Assembly: GCF_004010195.1 (NCBI RefSeq)
Contig: NC_057719.1
Location: forward strand, 40,200,323-40,237,534
Reading direction: 5' to 3'
Length of the DNA stretch: 37,212 nt
Source: Chiloscyllium plagiosum
Lineage: Eukaryota
Made by a program: the position numbers and the translations under genes. This document shows positions 1 through 12,290 of this stretch, one piece after another (the stretch's first letter is position 1; each line of letters starts with the position of its first letter). Below the pieces are notes generated by a model. That model was given only the letters and a program-made list of their open reading frames with translations, did not search any database and was not told the DNA's origin.

Positions 1-191
1 GTGGTAGGTGAGGACCAGTGGGGTTCTGTCCTGGTGGCGATTGGAGGGGCGGGGCTCAAGGGCAAGGAGCGGGAAGTGGAGGAGATGCGGTGGAGAGCAT
101 CGTCGATCACGTCTGGGGGGAAATTGCGGTCTTTGAAGAAGGAGGCCATCTGGGTTGTTCGGTATTGGAACTGGTCCTCCTGGGAGCAGAT
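1..191 (-). mobile_element. Penelope-like retroelement ORF fragment (linker between RT thumb and GIY-YIG endonuclease), frameshifted, running off the window edge
   Basis: Minus strand reads ICSQEDQFQYRTTQMASFFKDRNFPPDVIDDALHRISSTSRS, then after a frameshift EPRPSNRHQDRTPLVLTYH. This resembles vertebrate Penelope/Neptune ORFs (recognised from family knowledge). Confidence 0.8.
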
Positions 192-810
192 AGTAGATAG
201 ATTGGAGTCAACATGAAGAATAGCCAAACTGATGTCCAACTTTGGGCCCAGTATGGGGATGGTGGGTGAACCAGAAGATATATGAAAGGTACGGTATCAG
301 AGGATACATCACTGGGGGTACTTACAAGGCCCTGAAGGGCTAAGCCTTTTGCAAAATTAATTTTAGGGCAAAACAGCTACAGTGTAATTGAAGGCCATCA
401 TAGGATTCAGAGATATGAACAAATGAATGTTATATCAGAATCTGAAAAATCAGTCAGCCAGTCACAGGACAGCAACAATAGCTGCAGAGTTGAACGGGTT
501 GTAAATTAGACAAAGTTACAACAACATTTAAACAACTGTAATGTACATCAACGTTTCAGCAACTGGAATGATAAAGTAAAACACGTCCAGTCGGTTTCGT
601 CATTCATAAAGGTAAAGGCTGACTTTGACCTAATCTTTATTAATTTTTATCTATATACCTTAATCCTGTTGGTTAATGATTACAATTAGTTGTAAAATTA
701 ATCTGAATTATTTATTATTAATTGTTGTTTATGAATAAGAGTTTCAAACTATAACACCCTTTTCGTGTGTAAACTATCTCTTCGTTCCTGAAAGACTCGA
801 TTCGAAAAAG

Positions 811-985
811 TACTGTCGATGCTGGAAATCTTAAATAGAAATAAAAGAAATGCTGAAATAACTCAGCAAGTGAGGCAACACCTGTCGACAGAAAAGCAGC
901 GTTAACATTTTTTAAGCTCCACTTCTCTTGCAGAAATGCTGCTCGACCTATCGGGGTGTTTTTTTTTAGCATTTTCTGTTTCTAT
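811..985. mobile_element. Degenerate Penelope terminal-repeat-derived foldback (old copy)
   Basis: gatgctggaaatc...agaaatgctgaaataactcagcaagtgaggcaacacc is imperfectly mirrored by atgctgctcgacc...tagcattttctgtttctat. It shares the gatgctgga motif with the younger copies at 14.3, 20.2 and 24.9 kb. Confidence 0.5.
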
Positions 986-1116
986 ATCCTGACCCCTTCA
1001 TCCTATGACTGAAGGTTACTGTGCACATTATAGAGATGGGTGTGTAGATAATTGAAGGGATGGTATACATGAAAGAAGCAGTGTTACTGAATACTGTATT
1101 GCTGAATGCCTGTGGT

Positions 1117-1126
1117 CTGATTGGCT
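1117..1126 (-). promoter_or_regulatory. CCAAT box (NF-Y consensus) upstream of ASPG exon 1
   Basis: CTGATTGGCT (reverse complement AGCCAATCAG) is a full NF-Y consensus match about 180 bp upstream of the ATG. Function is inferred only. Confidence 0.45.
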
Positions 1127-1303
1127 GAGCCTACACCACCTCCTTTTGCTTCTCCTGGCTGGTTCCTCAGTCTGGTTTTGTTCCGATGGTGAAGAAGTTC
1201 ACTGTCCTGAGTTCCGGCTCCAGTTGAAACATTTCCTCCCTTTCCAGCGCGCTGTCCAACACCAGGCTCGACCTGCTGGACTTGGAAAGCTCTCCTGCCC
1301 GCG

Positions 1304-1430
1304 ATGTCTCGTCCACTTGTACCTGTTCAGGAACAGAAACGCCAACGCCGATTGGTGGACAACCCAAATGAGGTACATGTTCTGGTGATAAACACCGGAG
1401 GGACTATGACCATGGATTACCAAGATAATG
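1304..1430 (+). CDS. ASPG: ASPG-like L-asparaginase / 60 kDa lysophospholipase, coding exon 1
   Basis: ATG at 1304 (gcgATG; in-frame TGA upstream at 1208) gives MSRPLVPVQEQKRQRRLVDNPNEVHVLVINTGGTMTMDYQDN+G, containing the asparaginase TGGT motif. Donor GTGAGT at 1431, phase 1. Confidence 0.88.
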
Positions 1431-1892
1431 GTGAGTGAGAATATTACAGTCAGAGAAAGTCCACAAGGACACATCCAGAACAGGAACACATCAGCCTTGA
1501 GATGTTTCTCCCTAAAACATCCTTAATTCCATATTCTACGAGAAATCCAAAAGTGAATCTGGGATTTGATGGCATTTTTCATGATTTTTTTAATGGGGCA
1601 GTGGTCATTGAAAACAGACGTAGATAGTAGACATTCGTTACTTAAAGGTAAAGAATAAACTAACGGGTAGAATGAGGTGACTTTATCACAATATCCTTTA
1701 GTGTCTTATTGATGAGGTCACATTGCTGTCAGCCGTGAAATGATGGGAAGACCCTCAGTGTGGATAGGAAGTCAGTTAGACATAGGTCTCCTGATTGAGT
1801 TAATAGCTCAGCTTTCAGAGTTCATGAGGAGATCCTAGAACTTGCTCAGATACCTTAAACATAGTTTTCTTTAAGACAATCCTTTATTGAAT

Positions 1893-1925
1893 GAGAGCGA
1901 GAGAGAGAGCGCGAGAGAGAGAGAG
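1893..1925. repeat. Interrupted (GA)n microsatellite
   Basis: gagagcgagagagagagcgcgagagagagagag. Confidence 0.9.
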
Positions 1926-2451
1926 CATTGCTTCTTTGCCAGCCTGTGCACAACAGGACAACTTTTCAAGTGGCTAAACAGAAACAGAAAGAGCAGAAGC
2001 TGCTGTGAGGCAACAAAACTGTACAGATCCAGTAGTGGTTTCCAACTCTGTTTGCCCAATCAATAAAGTCATAAAACTCCACCCTTAAATCTTTGTAAAA
2101 GCTTTTCTCTCAGTAACTTGGCTTTTTAAAAACAACAATCCCCAGTTCTTTTGACTTTCTAGTTCCAAGAAGTCACATGGTGAACTGTCTGCAAACCAGA
2201 AATTGTCCAAACCTCCCTTCTTTTCCAAGTCTCATAATCCACAAATAATCATGTGTTTCTTACATGGTGCAAAAATTTATGAGAATGGTTTTCAAAGGCA
2301 TCAGTAATTTCAATAAAATGGAGAAACTGGGTTACTTCTCATTAGCAAAGGGAGATTCAGATGGTCCATGAATGATTGATGATAGTAAAGATACATAGGT
2401 GATGAGCATTGTTTGAATAAGGATTGACAACATGTATAAAGAGAGTCAGAA

Positions 2452-2568
2452 AGGGTCTTGTGGTGGACTGGTTGTGTCCCTATCTCTGAACCATACATCT
2501 ACACTCAAGTTCGACTTCAGGATTCGATGGCCAGAGAGCTGTGTCATCCATTCAAACAGGTTGATTAA
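2452..2568 (+). mobile_element. Old short tRNA-headed SINE-like repeat
   Basis: gggtcttgtggtggactggttgtgtccctatctctgaacc...tcaagttc resembles a degenerate A/B-box head. It is similar to the minus-strand copy at 13228-13333. Confidence 0.4.
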
Positions 2569-3049
2569 GATAATCTTTTCATAAAGAAAGTCAGTTGAAA
2601 CACTATGTTAGTGGATAGGAAGTAGAGACCTGAAATGTTGCAGTCTGTGAATAAACATACTAACAAGGAAAAGATTTGCATCCTGTTTCTACTTCATCGT
2701 GTAGCTTGGATCTATTTAACATGGTAGCAGAGAATAATGTCTAAAAGTCAAGATTGGAAACTGAGAAGAATTTTATTTTGGACAACAGATTGTAATCAGA
2801 CTTACTTTTGAGAGGAATGGTTGAAAGTACATGCAAAGTGTGAGAGTATGATTTTTGACCAATGTCCTGTAAGTCTGAAACCTATGACCAATGGAACAGT
2901 GAAATAGATTGATGGATGTGGATTATGTCCTTACTGAAGGAAAAACAATTGGACTTAGCACTGTCATTTCCTAGCTAAAGTGGAATCAGATATAAAGTAT
3001 CTATGAAGCTTAATGCTGATCAGTTGATCACTGTCTTCCTTTGTGGACA

Positions 3050-3590
3050 GATTTCAAACTGCCCTCTCTTCTTTGCAGTCTCCTTCTCCTTTCTCTCTTA
3101 CAGCTACCACACCTTCTCAGCCACATTGAAGTCTTCCTCTTTCCCACCACTCCATTTTAGCTTTCCTCTGTCTGCCACATCCCCTTTGTAAACTGCCTCC
3201 TTTTCTCTCTCAGTTGTCAGGAATCCTCATTCTTTCAACACCCCTGACTCTACATCCAACATCTTGCAGACCTCTATCTCCCTAGGCTTTCCCCCCACTA
3301 CACCTTTTGCAACTTCTTTGTCTCCACTGGTCCACTCGACATCTGCATCTTTCCCTAGTCCATTTGAAGAACTCCATATCTCCCCAGCTCCATTGCAGAC
3401 ACCCCTGTCTGCATCCCAATTAACTGGTGACCTCTCCTTCCCAGTTGATTTGCAGCATCCTTTATTCCCTCTAACCTGCTTGTGGCCTACCTCTCTTTCA
3501 CAGTCCGATTACTACTGTCTGTCTCTTAAACCTTTGCAATCCCCTCAACCCTTGGCCTTTTGCAGCCTTCCTTTACCCTTAACCTCCACA
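3050..3590. repeat. Pyrimidine (C/T)-rich low-complexity tract
   Basis: Strong C/T skew on the + strand; ORFs here are S/P/L-rich compositional artefacts. Confidence 0.6.
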
Positions 3591-3644
3591 AAAGCAAAAT
3601 GGTAGCTGTACATCCACCCCTAGTGGCAAAATGACTGCTCCTGT

Positions 3645-4552
3645 CTGTGGCAGGGGTCTGTGCTGGGGCTTCAACTTTTACAATTTACATCAATAATATA
3701 ATTAAGAGAAGAGGAAGCATGGTAAGTAAATCTGCAGATGACAGAAAGAAACATAAGAAAGTATGTTATGAAGAAGAGTTTGTCGGTGGATATGGATAAA
3801 TTTGAATGGGCAAAAATCTGACAGATAGTATATAATATGGAAGTTGTTCAATTTAGCAGAAAAAATAAGAAAGCACAGTTGTACTTAAACAGAGAAAACA
3901 CTGTGGCATTCTGAGGTGTAGAAGGATTTAATTGTTCCATTGCATGTCACAAAAAATTAATATGTAGTTTCAAGACACAATCAAGAAGATTAATGAGGTG
4001 TTTCTATTTACTCTGAGAGCAACTGAACAGAAAAATAAAAATGTTATGTTTCAGTTACACAGGGCATCAGTAAGACTCTGTCTCAAATATGATGTACAGT
4101 TTATCAAAAGAAGGACACAAATGTATTGGAATCAATTCAGAAATGGTTTACGAGATTGACACATGGAATGAGCACGTTTCCTTACAAAGTCTAGAGAGGT
4201 TGGGCTTATTTTCACTGGAGTTTATCACAGTAAGGAATGATTTGATTGTGGGTCAGCCTACAACAAAGAAATGATGGTTTAAAAGTAAGGTTTGTCCTTT
4301 CAGGACAGAAATGAATTTTTTTTTGTCCGCGGTATTGTGTAACCTTGGAATCCTTTGCCTCAGAAAGCAGTAGAGGCTGTGTCATTAATTGTTTATTGGG
4401 ACTGAGGTAGATGGATTCTTGTTATGCAGAGATTTAAAGGTTATTGGGGCATAAAGGTCATCAATATGGATTTCAGAGTACATACAAATCAGCCATGATC
4501 TTAGTGAATGAGGGAACAGGATTGAAGGACCAAATGGTCTATTTATACTCCT
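3645..4552 (+). mobile_element. CR1 LINE, degenerate RT C-terminus and 3' end
   Basis: caggggtctgtgctgggg (QGSVLG), gcagatgac (ADD), ctagagaggttgggcttattttcactggag (LERLGLFSLE); many stops and indels. Confidence 0.8.
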
Positions 4553-5489
4553 GGACCTGCTCCCCTCTGCCCCATTTCCATATTACTGGCACTTACCTTT
4601 CTAATTGCTCATTGCTTCTCCTACATTCACTGCTGATAGGTTCACTAGTGGACCTATCAACTTCAAGGTTAGGAGAAGATCACTTTGTGATTTGAAAAAC
4701 AATTCCTTATCTTTTCCTTCCATTCAACTTACAGGGTGGAGCAATTATTTTCTGATTGGTGACCCCAGTGAGTGGATATTCCAGATGATCTCCCTCTCCC
4801 TTGAAAATGAGTTGGGCTGGGTCTTGCTACAAGTATAGCACTAGATGTTCTTAGAATGGCAACAATATGAATAAGCTGATGTATAAATTCAGATTTTTTT
4901 TCAGTTAAAACTATAAAGAATGAGTTGATCATTTCTACTGTGTGTTTAAAAATCTTTGAAGCTATGTTCTCTGGGAATTGATTTTATCCCAATGTCAATC
5001 TTCATTTCTTTCTTACTAAACTTCTATTTTGATTCACTGTTAAAACAAAGACTGCAACATTGTGTGCTTGTGTTTTAGTAAAAGAACACTTTGGTTAAAA
5101 AAATAAATAAATTAGGCCTATCCAGCAAGTTTCCTTCTGAAAATCTACTTGTTAGGTACGAACATCAACTGGGCATTTTCCCATAACAGTTGGATCATGA
5201 TATTGTTTACTAAGGAACATTGTTGAACTATTAATAGAAGTAGAGATAATGAATATGATTTGCCCGGCCAGGTGTCTTGCACTCCAATTGCTAACATTCG
5301 GTGTGCTATAGAGGAAGTTGTGTTATTTTCCAAAGTTCCTTAGATGGAGTAGGTGGGCAACAGAAGGCACCAGAGGGTTGAACAGTGGCAACAGTGAAAC
5401 TTATATTCACGAAAGTGTATCACTATGCTTCCAGTAGTGAGAGATCAGTCAGTTTAACATCTATGGTGGTTGAAGTTTTAGAAACAGTA

Positions 5490-5830
5490 ATCTGGGAAAT
5501 GTGAGAATCTTTGAAAGGCTGCAGAAAAGATTGACTTGACTGGTTCCATGGCTGATGGGTTACAGACTTGAGGTTATGAGTAAGAGATGCAGGGAAAGAT
5601 GTAGAAAAGCCTTTTATTCAATGAGTTATAATGGTCAAAAGGTCATCACTTATGAGAATAGTGCAAGCAAAGACAATGATTTTAAGGTAGATTTTCTGGC
5701 CACCTGAAAGAAATGAACTTTCAAGGCTATGCAGGTAGAGCAGGGGAACGGAACTCATTGGATTGAACTGACAGAAAGATGGCAGGATCTTAATGGGCTG
5801 CATGGACATCTGTACATGAATGACTTAATA
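5490..5830 (+). mobile_element. Highly degenerate CR1 3' fragment
   Basis: ctttgaaaggctgcagaaaagattgac (LERxQKR) and a CR1-like 3'UTR (atgggctgcatggacatc). Confidence 0.45.
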
Positions 5831-6299
5831 CGGTAAGAATTTCTTACGTTAACATTCCAGATGTGTCTGCGTTTAGTTGATTTATCAATGACCTTCCTCC
5901 CTTCATAAGCTTAGGAGATGGAGATACTCACCGATGACTGCAGTGGTAAGTTTTGTTTGTAACTCCTCAAATACTTAAACTGTCCATGTCCACATGCTGC
6001 AAGACTCATTCAACATTCAAGCTCAGCCGAGTGATGGTGAGTTACATTCAAACTCTATCTTGTTTGTCTGTATTATATGCTCACCATCTTTTTCCTTCGG
6101 GAATTGAAAGAATTGTTGGAAGGATTATCAGATTGATTGATTATTAACCTGTTTAAACTGGATCATGAAATCTCCTCCTGTTGCCAGCAAGTAACAGGGC
6201 ATTCTGACTCAGAGGCAAGGGTGCTACCAAATGATCCACAAAATCTACCATACAATTCTCAGGTGATAATCAACAAACAATAGCATTGTCACCTTAATT

Positions 6300-6550
6300 T
6301 CACATTTAAAGATATTACAACCTAAGTCCCTTGCCACCAATATCCTGGGCATCACCATTTGCCTGCAACTGAATTGGACTGGCCACATAAATTAATAAAA
6401 CAGGTCAGCTCTTGAGACTCTCCAAAGCACCTGTACCTCCCACAAGGCATGAATCAGGAATGCATGCCATTTTTCCACTAGCCCAGAGTGGTAAAGATTC
6501 AATCATACTTGAAGCTTATTACCATCCTGGAAAGAGAAATCTACTTGATC
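6300..6550 (+). mobile_element. Fragment of a second non-LTR retrotransposon family (CR1/Jockey group), RT C-terminal part
   Basis: aatatcctgggcatcaccatt (NILGITI), ctgaattggactggccacataaat (LNWTGHIN); same family as 13520-14630. Confidence 0.6.
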
Positions 6551-7250
6551 ATTTCTATGACTTTTCAAAGTATACCAATTAGCTATTTCCTAGATCTGAT
6601 GTCAGAAACACATCTGTGGTAATTTTGAACAAAAAATAATTAAAAATTACTTGATACAATAGCACAAATTGCATGATGCCCAAGTTTAGGCTTGGAGAAT
6701 ATAAAGGTCAAATTCTATATAATTAGTTACTTTGCAATAAAAAAAGATTGCCCATTGTGTCTGATCCCATCAGATTCCCAATCACAATGCTAATTTTAGA
6801 CGTATGAACCTGACAATTTGAATTTAATGAAGGTTGCTATTATGTGAGATGTAAAAGTGGTTCCACCAAATCTTTTGGATTTCTCACTCAGCAGTTACCC
6901 CCAGCTTACTTGTGATACAGGAGTTACAATGCGAGTAATCCATATTTATATATTTTGTTTTATTGAGACATCTATGACTTTTACACTAATGGAGTAAAGA
7001 ATGCTTTGTTCCAATGCATGAAGTGACTACATTTTAAAGTAATTGATATTGTTAAAATTCAAGTTGTTCAACATTGAGTGTGATGCTGTACTTTCATCAC
7101 TGGAGCATGGCTTCAAATACTCCTCCCCAGTAGCTAGGAATAAAGTCTGTCTGTTTTTAAATATTGCTGATGAATTGTTCTTATGATTTCTGTCCTGCTG
7201 ATCTTGATATGCATGACTGCAATATGTCCTGACAAGACACGTTGATAAAA

Positions 7251-7591
7251 TTTAGAATTAGACTCCCTACTGTGTGCAAACAGGCCCTTCGGCCCAACAA
7301 GTCCACACCGACCCTCTGAGCAGTATTCCACCCAGACCCATTCCCCTACACTTACCCCTGACTCATGCACCTAACCTATACATCCCTGAGCACTACAGGT
7401 AATTTAGCATGGCCAGTTCACCTAACCTGCGCATCTTTGGATTGTAGGAGGAAAGTGGAGCACCCGGAGAAAACCTATGCAGACATGGGGAGAATGTGCA
7501 AACTCCACACAGTCGTCCGAGGCTGGAATCAAACTTGGGCCCCTGGTGCTGTGAGGCAGCAGTGGTAACCACCGAGCTACTGTGCTGCCCC
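7251..7591 (-). mobile_element. HE1-type tRNA-derived V-SINE, full length
   Basis: Minus strand has a tRNA-like head (ggcagcacagtagctcggtggttaccactgctgcctcacagc...gtttgattcc), the central domain tgtgtggagtttgcacattctcccc, and a CR1-derived tail (ttgttgggccgaagggcctgtt). Confidence 0.9.
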
Positions 7592-7885
7592 AAAATAGAA
7601 CTGTAAAATTAATAGGGAGCTTTAATGTATGGATCTTAGTGCAATTTGAAGTGATTAACTGCTTGAAAATTACATCACTTGCACATTATCAAGAATTTAT
7701 TTAATAGCCTTGTGTTTTAAAGAAATAAATATGAAGTGAATAAATACACCAATTCCAAACTGAATACTTCTGTGTACATCATCAAGAAAGATAATCATTA
7801 TCATATTGCTAAAGGTAACTGCCTGATGAAGAAAATAAGTTTGGTATTTGGTTATAAGTATGTACTTTTGTTTCTCTTGTTTTAG

Positions 7886-8015
7886 TACTTGTGCCACAAC
7901 CAAATGCCCTTGTCAAAATCCTTAAAAAAATGACAATGCTGCATGATGAAGAATATGCTCAAAATTCCAAGCTTTACGACTATTATGGCTCACCAGCAAA
8001 CACTTTTGTTCTTCC
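7886..8015 (+). CDS. ASPG: ASPG-like coding exon 2 (130 bp)
   Basis: Polypyrimidine tract plus TTTAG acceptor; encodes (V)LVPQPNALVKILKKMTMLHDEEYAQNSKLYDYYGSPANTFVLP; donor GTAAG at 8016. Phases 1/2 join exons 1 and 3 in frame. Confidence 0.93.
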
Positions 8016-8984
8016 GTAAGTAATTCTTTCCTGAATTATATAAACTAAGCTGCATTTTTAACCCCCTTTCTGGTCTGAAGTGTAATTGTAGAGGGACTAA
8101 GAAAACATGAGCATCCATTAGTACATCAGTCTAATGTTATCTTTGGTGCTACGAATGTTCACAAGGGTGAGACGCAGGTGGGACAGCACAATGTCTAGGT
8201 TGGTATTTAGCCCAACTTCAAATGCCAGATCTCTGATTCTTCTTGGTTCCCATTAGTCCTGTGGAAGACTTTGTACAACACCAGTTTCTCCCTTAGATGA
8301 CCCCCAGAGCTTGTGGAGTCGAAAGCAGCGTTTCATCCAGTTGATTTGACCTGCCTCTGTTCCTGCTCCAGACAGGGAGCCCACTCTTCATATCAGTTAA
8401 GGGCTCACTTCAGAAATATTTGCAATCTTAATCTGTTTCACAACTGTGGTGGAATGGAATGTCTCCTTTCTCTTTGGCAAAAGTTCAGCCCTTAGAAATA
8501 TAGACACTGATTTCAGATTTTATTAGGATAACGTTGAATTAAGTTTCACTCTGATTAGTCACTGCAGCTGATATTTGTTATGAATAGGTGATGGGGGTGA
8601 TTAAATCCTCTTTTAACTCCATCTTCGTTGGTCACAACAAAGATTTTTATCTCTTTCTTAGGAAATTGCTATCATACTTGCATTAAAGTTAACCATATAA
8701 AAATGAAAGTGAGTCAATTTCAAGCTTTTCTTGAGTAAAATAAAGATGAATTTTATTGCTTACTACACTAAGAAAATAAGTTTTTAAAAAATCATCAAAA
8801 ATCACACAGAAATACAGGTAATAAGCTTAGAAAGAACAGGAGAATGTCTGCAGACAAATACAGGCATTTTGCAGTTTAATATTTTTAGAATCCTTTATCT
8901 GTATGGGTGAAACCCAATCTTTTAACTGTTGTCCTATTTCTTCAGGAATAGCAAAGCTTACAGAGGTTAAACAATGACATCTTC

Positions 8985-10415
8985 TATAACCATATAAATA
9001 GTAAAAGAGTGGATAACGAGGAGTGGGCTGATTAGAGACCAAAAAGGGAGGCAATGGTCATGGATGAGGTGTTAAGTGAGTACTTTGTATGCCTCTTTAC
9101 CAAAAAGGACAATTCTGCCCAGGCCATGTGACAACAGCGGAAGCTATCACTAGAAGGGAACAAAATTAAAAAGGAAGATGTTGTGGATAAATGTCGCATT
9201 TCAAGTTGACAAGGCACTGGGATTGGATGGGATGCATCCACGTGTTTTGAAGGAAATGAGAGTAGGAACTATGAGGCAGAATCCTTCAGCCTCTCCTGGA
9301 ATTGGGGCAAGTGTCAGAAGACGGAGGAATTGCAAACATTATGGACTTGTTCAAGAAAGGTTGTAAGGATAATCCGAGCAATTACACACCAGTTAATTTA
9401 GCTTTGGTAGTGGGGAACTTCTTGACATAAATATTTAGGATAGACATAGTGGTCACATGAAAATGGGCGAGTTGATAGAAATAGTCAGCATGGATTTCGA
9501 AAGGGGAAATCATATTTAACAAACTTGGTGGCACGGTGGCTCAGTGGCTAGTACTGCTACCTCACAGTGCCAGAGAATCAGGTTCAATCCCAGCCTTGGG
9601 CAACTGTCTGTGTGGAGTTTGCACATTCTCCCCATGTCTGCATGACGTCCTCTGTGGCAGATAAAGTTCAATGCAGAGAAGTGTGAGGTGATAGAAAGAA
9701 CATTGAAAATCAGTAGAAAATAGAAGCTACTGGTCTAAAAGGGGTGCAGGAACAGAGAGACCTTAAGCACAATAATTAAAAGTGGTAGGACAGGTGGAGA
9801 GAGCAATTAATAAAGCATGTAGTGTCCTTAGCTTCATAAATAGGGGCATAGAGTACAAGAATGAATACATGATGTTAAACTTAGAGAGGAGAATTATTAG
9901 ACCATAGATTATTGTTACAGTTTTGGGTGCCACATTAAAGGAAGCATGCAAATACATTGGAGAAAATGCAGAAGCACTTGACAAGAAATTTACAGAAATG
10001 AGGGACTTCAGTTATGAGGATACATTGAAGAAGTTAGGATTGATCTTCTGAGAATAAGGCTGAGGGGAGATTTTATTGAGGTTTTCAAAATCTTATTTCA
10101 AAAGCAGGCTGGATATAGTAGATAGGGACAAGGTGTTCCTGCTTTTAAAAGATAAGAGGACATAGACATAAGGTGATGAACAAATGAAACAAAAGTGATA
10201 TGAGAAAAAAAAACTTATCTCACAGTGAGTAGAGAGCTACATGGAACAGTGGTGTAGGCAGGTTCAACTAAGACATTCGAGAGGACATTGAATGATTATT
10301 TGGATAAAAATTTGGAAGGGGAAAAAAGCACTAAATTAGCACAAGGTAATGATGCTTATTTAACGAGCAGGAGTAGGCATAATGGGCCTTCTTCTGCACT
10401 ATTAATTCTGTGATT
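8985..10415 (+). mobile_element. CR1 LINE ORF2 remnant and 3' end, with internal deletion at a SINE
   Basis: GLDGMHPRVLKE, agtcagcatggattt (SQHGF), tggcagataaagttcaatgcagagaagtgtgaggtg (WQIKFNAEKCEV), tail ctgtgattct. Confidence 0.85.
9527..9644 (+). mobile_element. HE1-type SINE, 5' part only
   Basis: ggtggcacggtggctcagtggctag (A box), ggttcaatccc (B box), tgtgtggagtttgcacattctcccc; then it stops abruptly. Confidence 0.88.
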
Positions 10416-10904
10416 CTGCTTAATTCTAATGAGTGATAATCAGCTTCATTTTAGAGTCTATCACTATAGCATGCAAGTAGAATTAATACAACAGTATTAC
10501 ATTAATCCAGTTGTTACAGTCAAATTGCAAATTTGTAAAGCATCTTGAATGTTATAGTTATATCCCAAGGTATTTCACAGATGCACTACAAATGAGACTG
10601 CAAGATGCATAAAATGACATTAGTGAAGAGGGACAAATTTCTGGCCTAATTGGAAAATTTTAGAATGACAGGCAACAATCTTTTAATGTCTAGAGCAATT
10701 AAATCTTGTCTTAAGTCTGTTTTGCACATTGAAACCCCATGGAGTTTGTGACATTTACACTCACACTGGAATTGCCTGGGCTAATGCTAGAATTGCCTGG
10801 GAAGTTTACGCTTTCAACCAGGGACTGAGTTCAGTGTCAGAGACATCGGCCAAATCTGTGGGACTTACATGCATACTCGCCCTAGCAAAAAATGGAGGAA
10901 GTGT

Positions 10905-12290
10905 TGGAAATTTTCAAAAGTATTAAGACAGACAATTCCCAAGGACCTGATGGGATCTATTCCAGAATACTGAGGGGGGCAAGGGATGAAATTTCAGGAG
11001 TGAGCAATGGTCCCAGAGTACTCAGGAATAGCCAATGTTGAAGAAGGGCAAAAGAGATAATAGGGAAATTACAGGTCCGTGAGCCTTACATCTGTGTTAG
11101 GGAAATTATTGGAGAAGACGTTTAGGGACAGGATTTACTCACATTTGAAAAACTATTGACTTATTAGCAAAAGGTGGAACAGCTTTGTATAGGGAGATAA
11201 TGTCTCACAAACTTGATTGAGTTCTTGAGCAAGTTACAAAGATGATTTATGAGGCCAGGATGGTAAATCCTGTCCATATGGACTTGAGCAAGGCCTTTCA
11301 CAATGTTCTTCTTGGCATGCTGTTAAGGAAGTTGAAGTCGAATTGGTGAGCTGGTAAGATGGATACAGAACTGGCTTGGTCATACAAGACAGAGATAGTG
11401 GTAGAAGGATGTTTTTCTGACTGGAGGCCTGTGATTAGTGGTGTTACACAGGGGTCAGTGTTGGACCCTTGTTGTTTTTAATACATGTAAATGATTTAGA
11501 AAAGAATGTAGGTAGCCTGATTACTAAGTCTGTGGATGACACAAAAGTTTGGGAAGCTGCAGATTGTGAAGAGAATTGCCGGAGAATACAGTAGGATATA
11601 GATAGGCTGGACACTTGAGTGGAGAAATGACAGATGGAATTTAATTCAGAAGAATGCAAGGTCTAAGGCAGAAGGGAAATATATTCTAAATGGCAGAACC
11701 CTTGGAAGCATGAACAGCAGATAGATCTAGGTGCACAGGTCCACAATTCACTGAAAATAGTAACACAAGTGGATAAGATCAAGAAGACATATGGCTTGCT
11801 TGCCTTCATCGATTGGCACTTAGAGTACAAACATTAGCAAGTCATATTGTAGCTGTGTAGAACTTCAGTTAAGCCACATTTGGAATATTGCTTACAGTTC
11901 TGGTTGCTGCATTACGAGAAAGATGTGGAGGCTTTGGAGAGGTTCAGTAAAAGTTTACCAAGGTGTTGCCCGGTTCGGAAGGTATTAACTAAGAGCAGAG
12001 ATTGGTTTGTTTTCACCTGAACGTCGGAGGCTGAGGGGTGACCTGATAGAAGTTTACACAGTTATGAGAGGTATGGATAGAATGGATAGCTAGAGTCTTT
12101 TTCCCAAGGTAGGAATGTCAATTACTAGGGGATGTTGATTTAAGGTAAAAGGGGAAAGTTTAAAGGAGATGTGAGAGACAAGTTTATTTAAACACAGAGA
12201 ATGCTAAGTACCTGGAATGTGCTGCCAGAAGGGTGGTAGAAGCAGATGGAATATCAACTTTTAAGATCCTGTACTGTACTGTTCTTTGTT
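10905..12290 (+). mobile_element. CR1 LINE RT region, degenerate
   Basis: GPDGIYSRILR, cagggg tcagtgttggga (QGSVLG), gtggatgacacaaaa (DDTK), cggaggctgaggggtgacctgata (RRLRGDLI). Confidence 0.88.

Noticed and set aside
1146..1489. Track ORFs 1146-1388 (+), 1167-1367 (-) and 1199-1489 (-)
   Set aside because: These are off-frame or antisense shadows of ASPG exon 1 and its leader.
3003..3605. S/P/L-rich ORFs
   Set aside because: They arise from the C/T-rich low-complexity tract and show no recognisable domain or splice context.
4840..5170. LTR-like AT-rich segments (also 8575-8900)
   Set aside because: I could not define ends, TSDs or an internal region.
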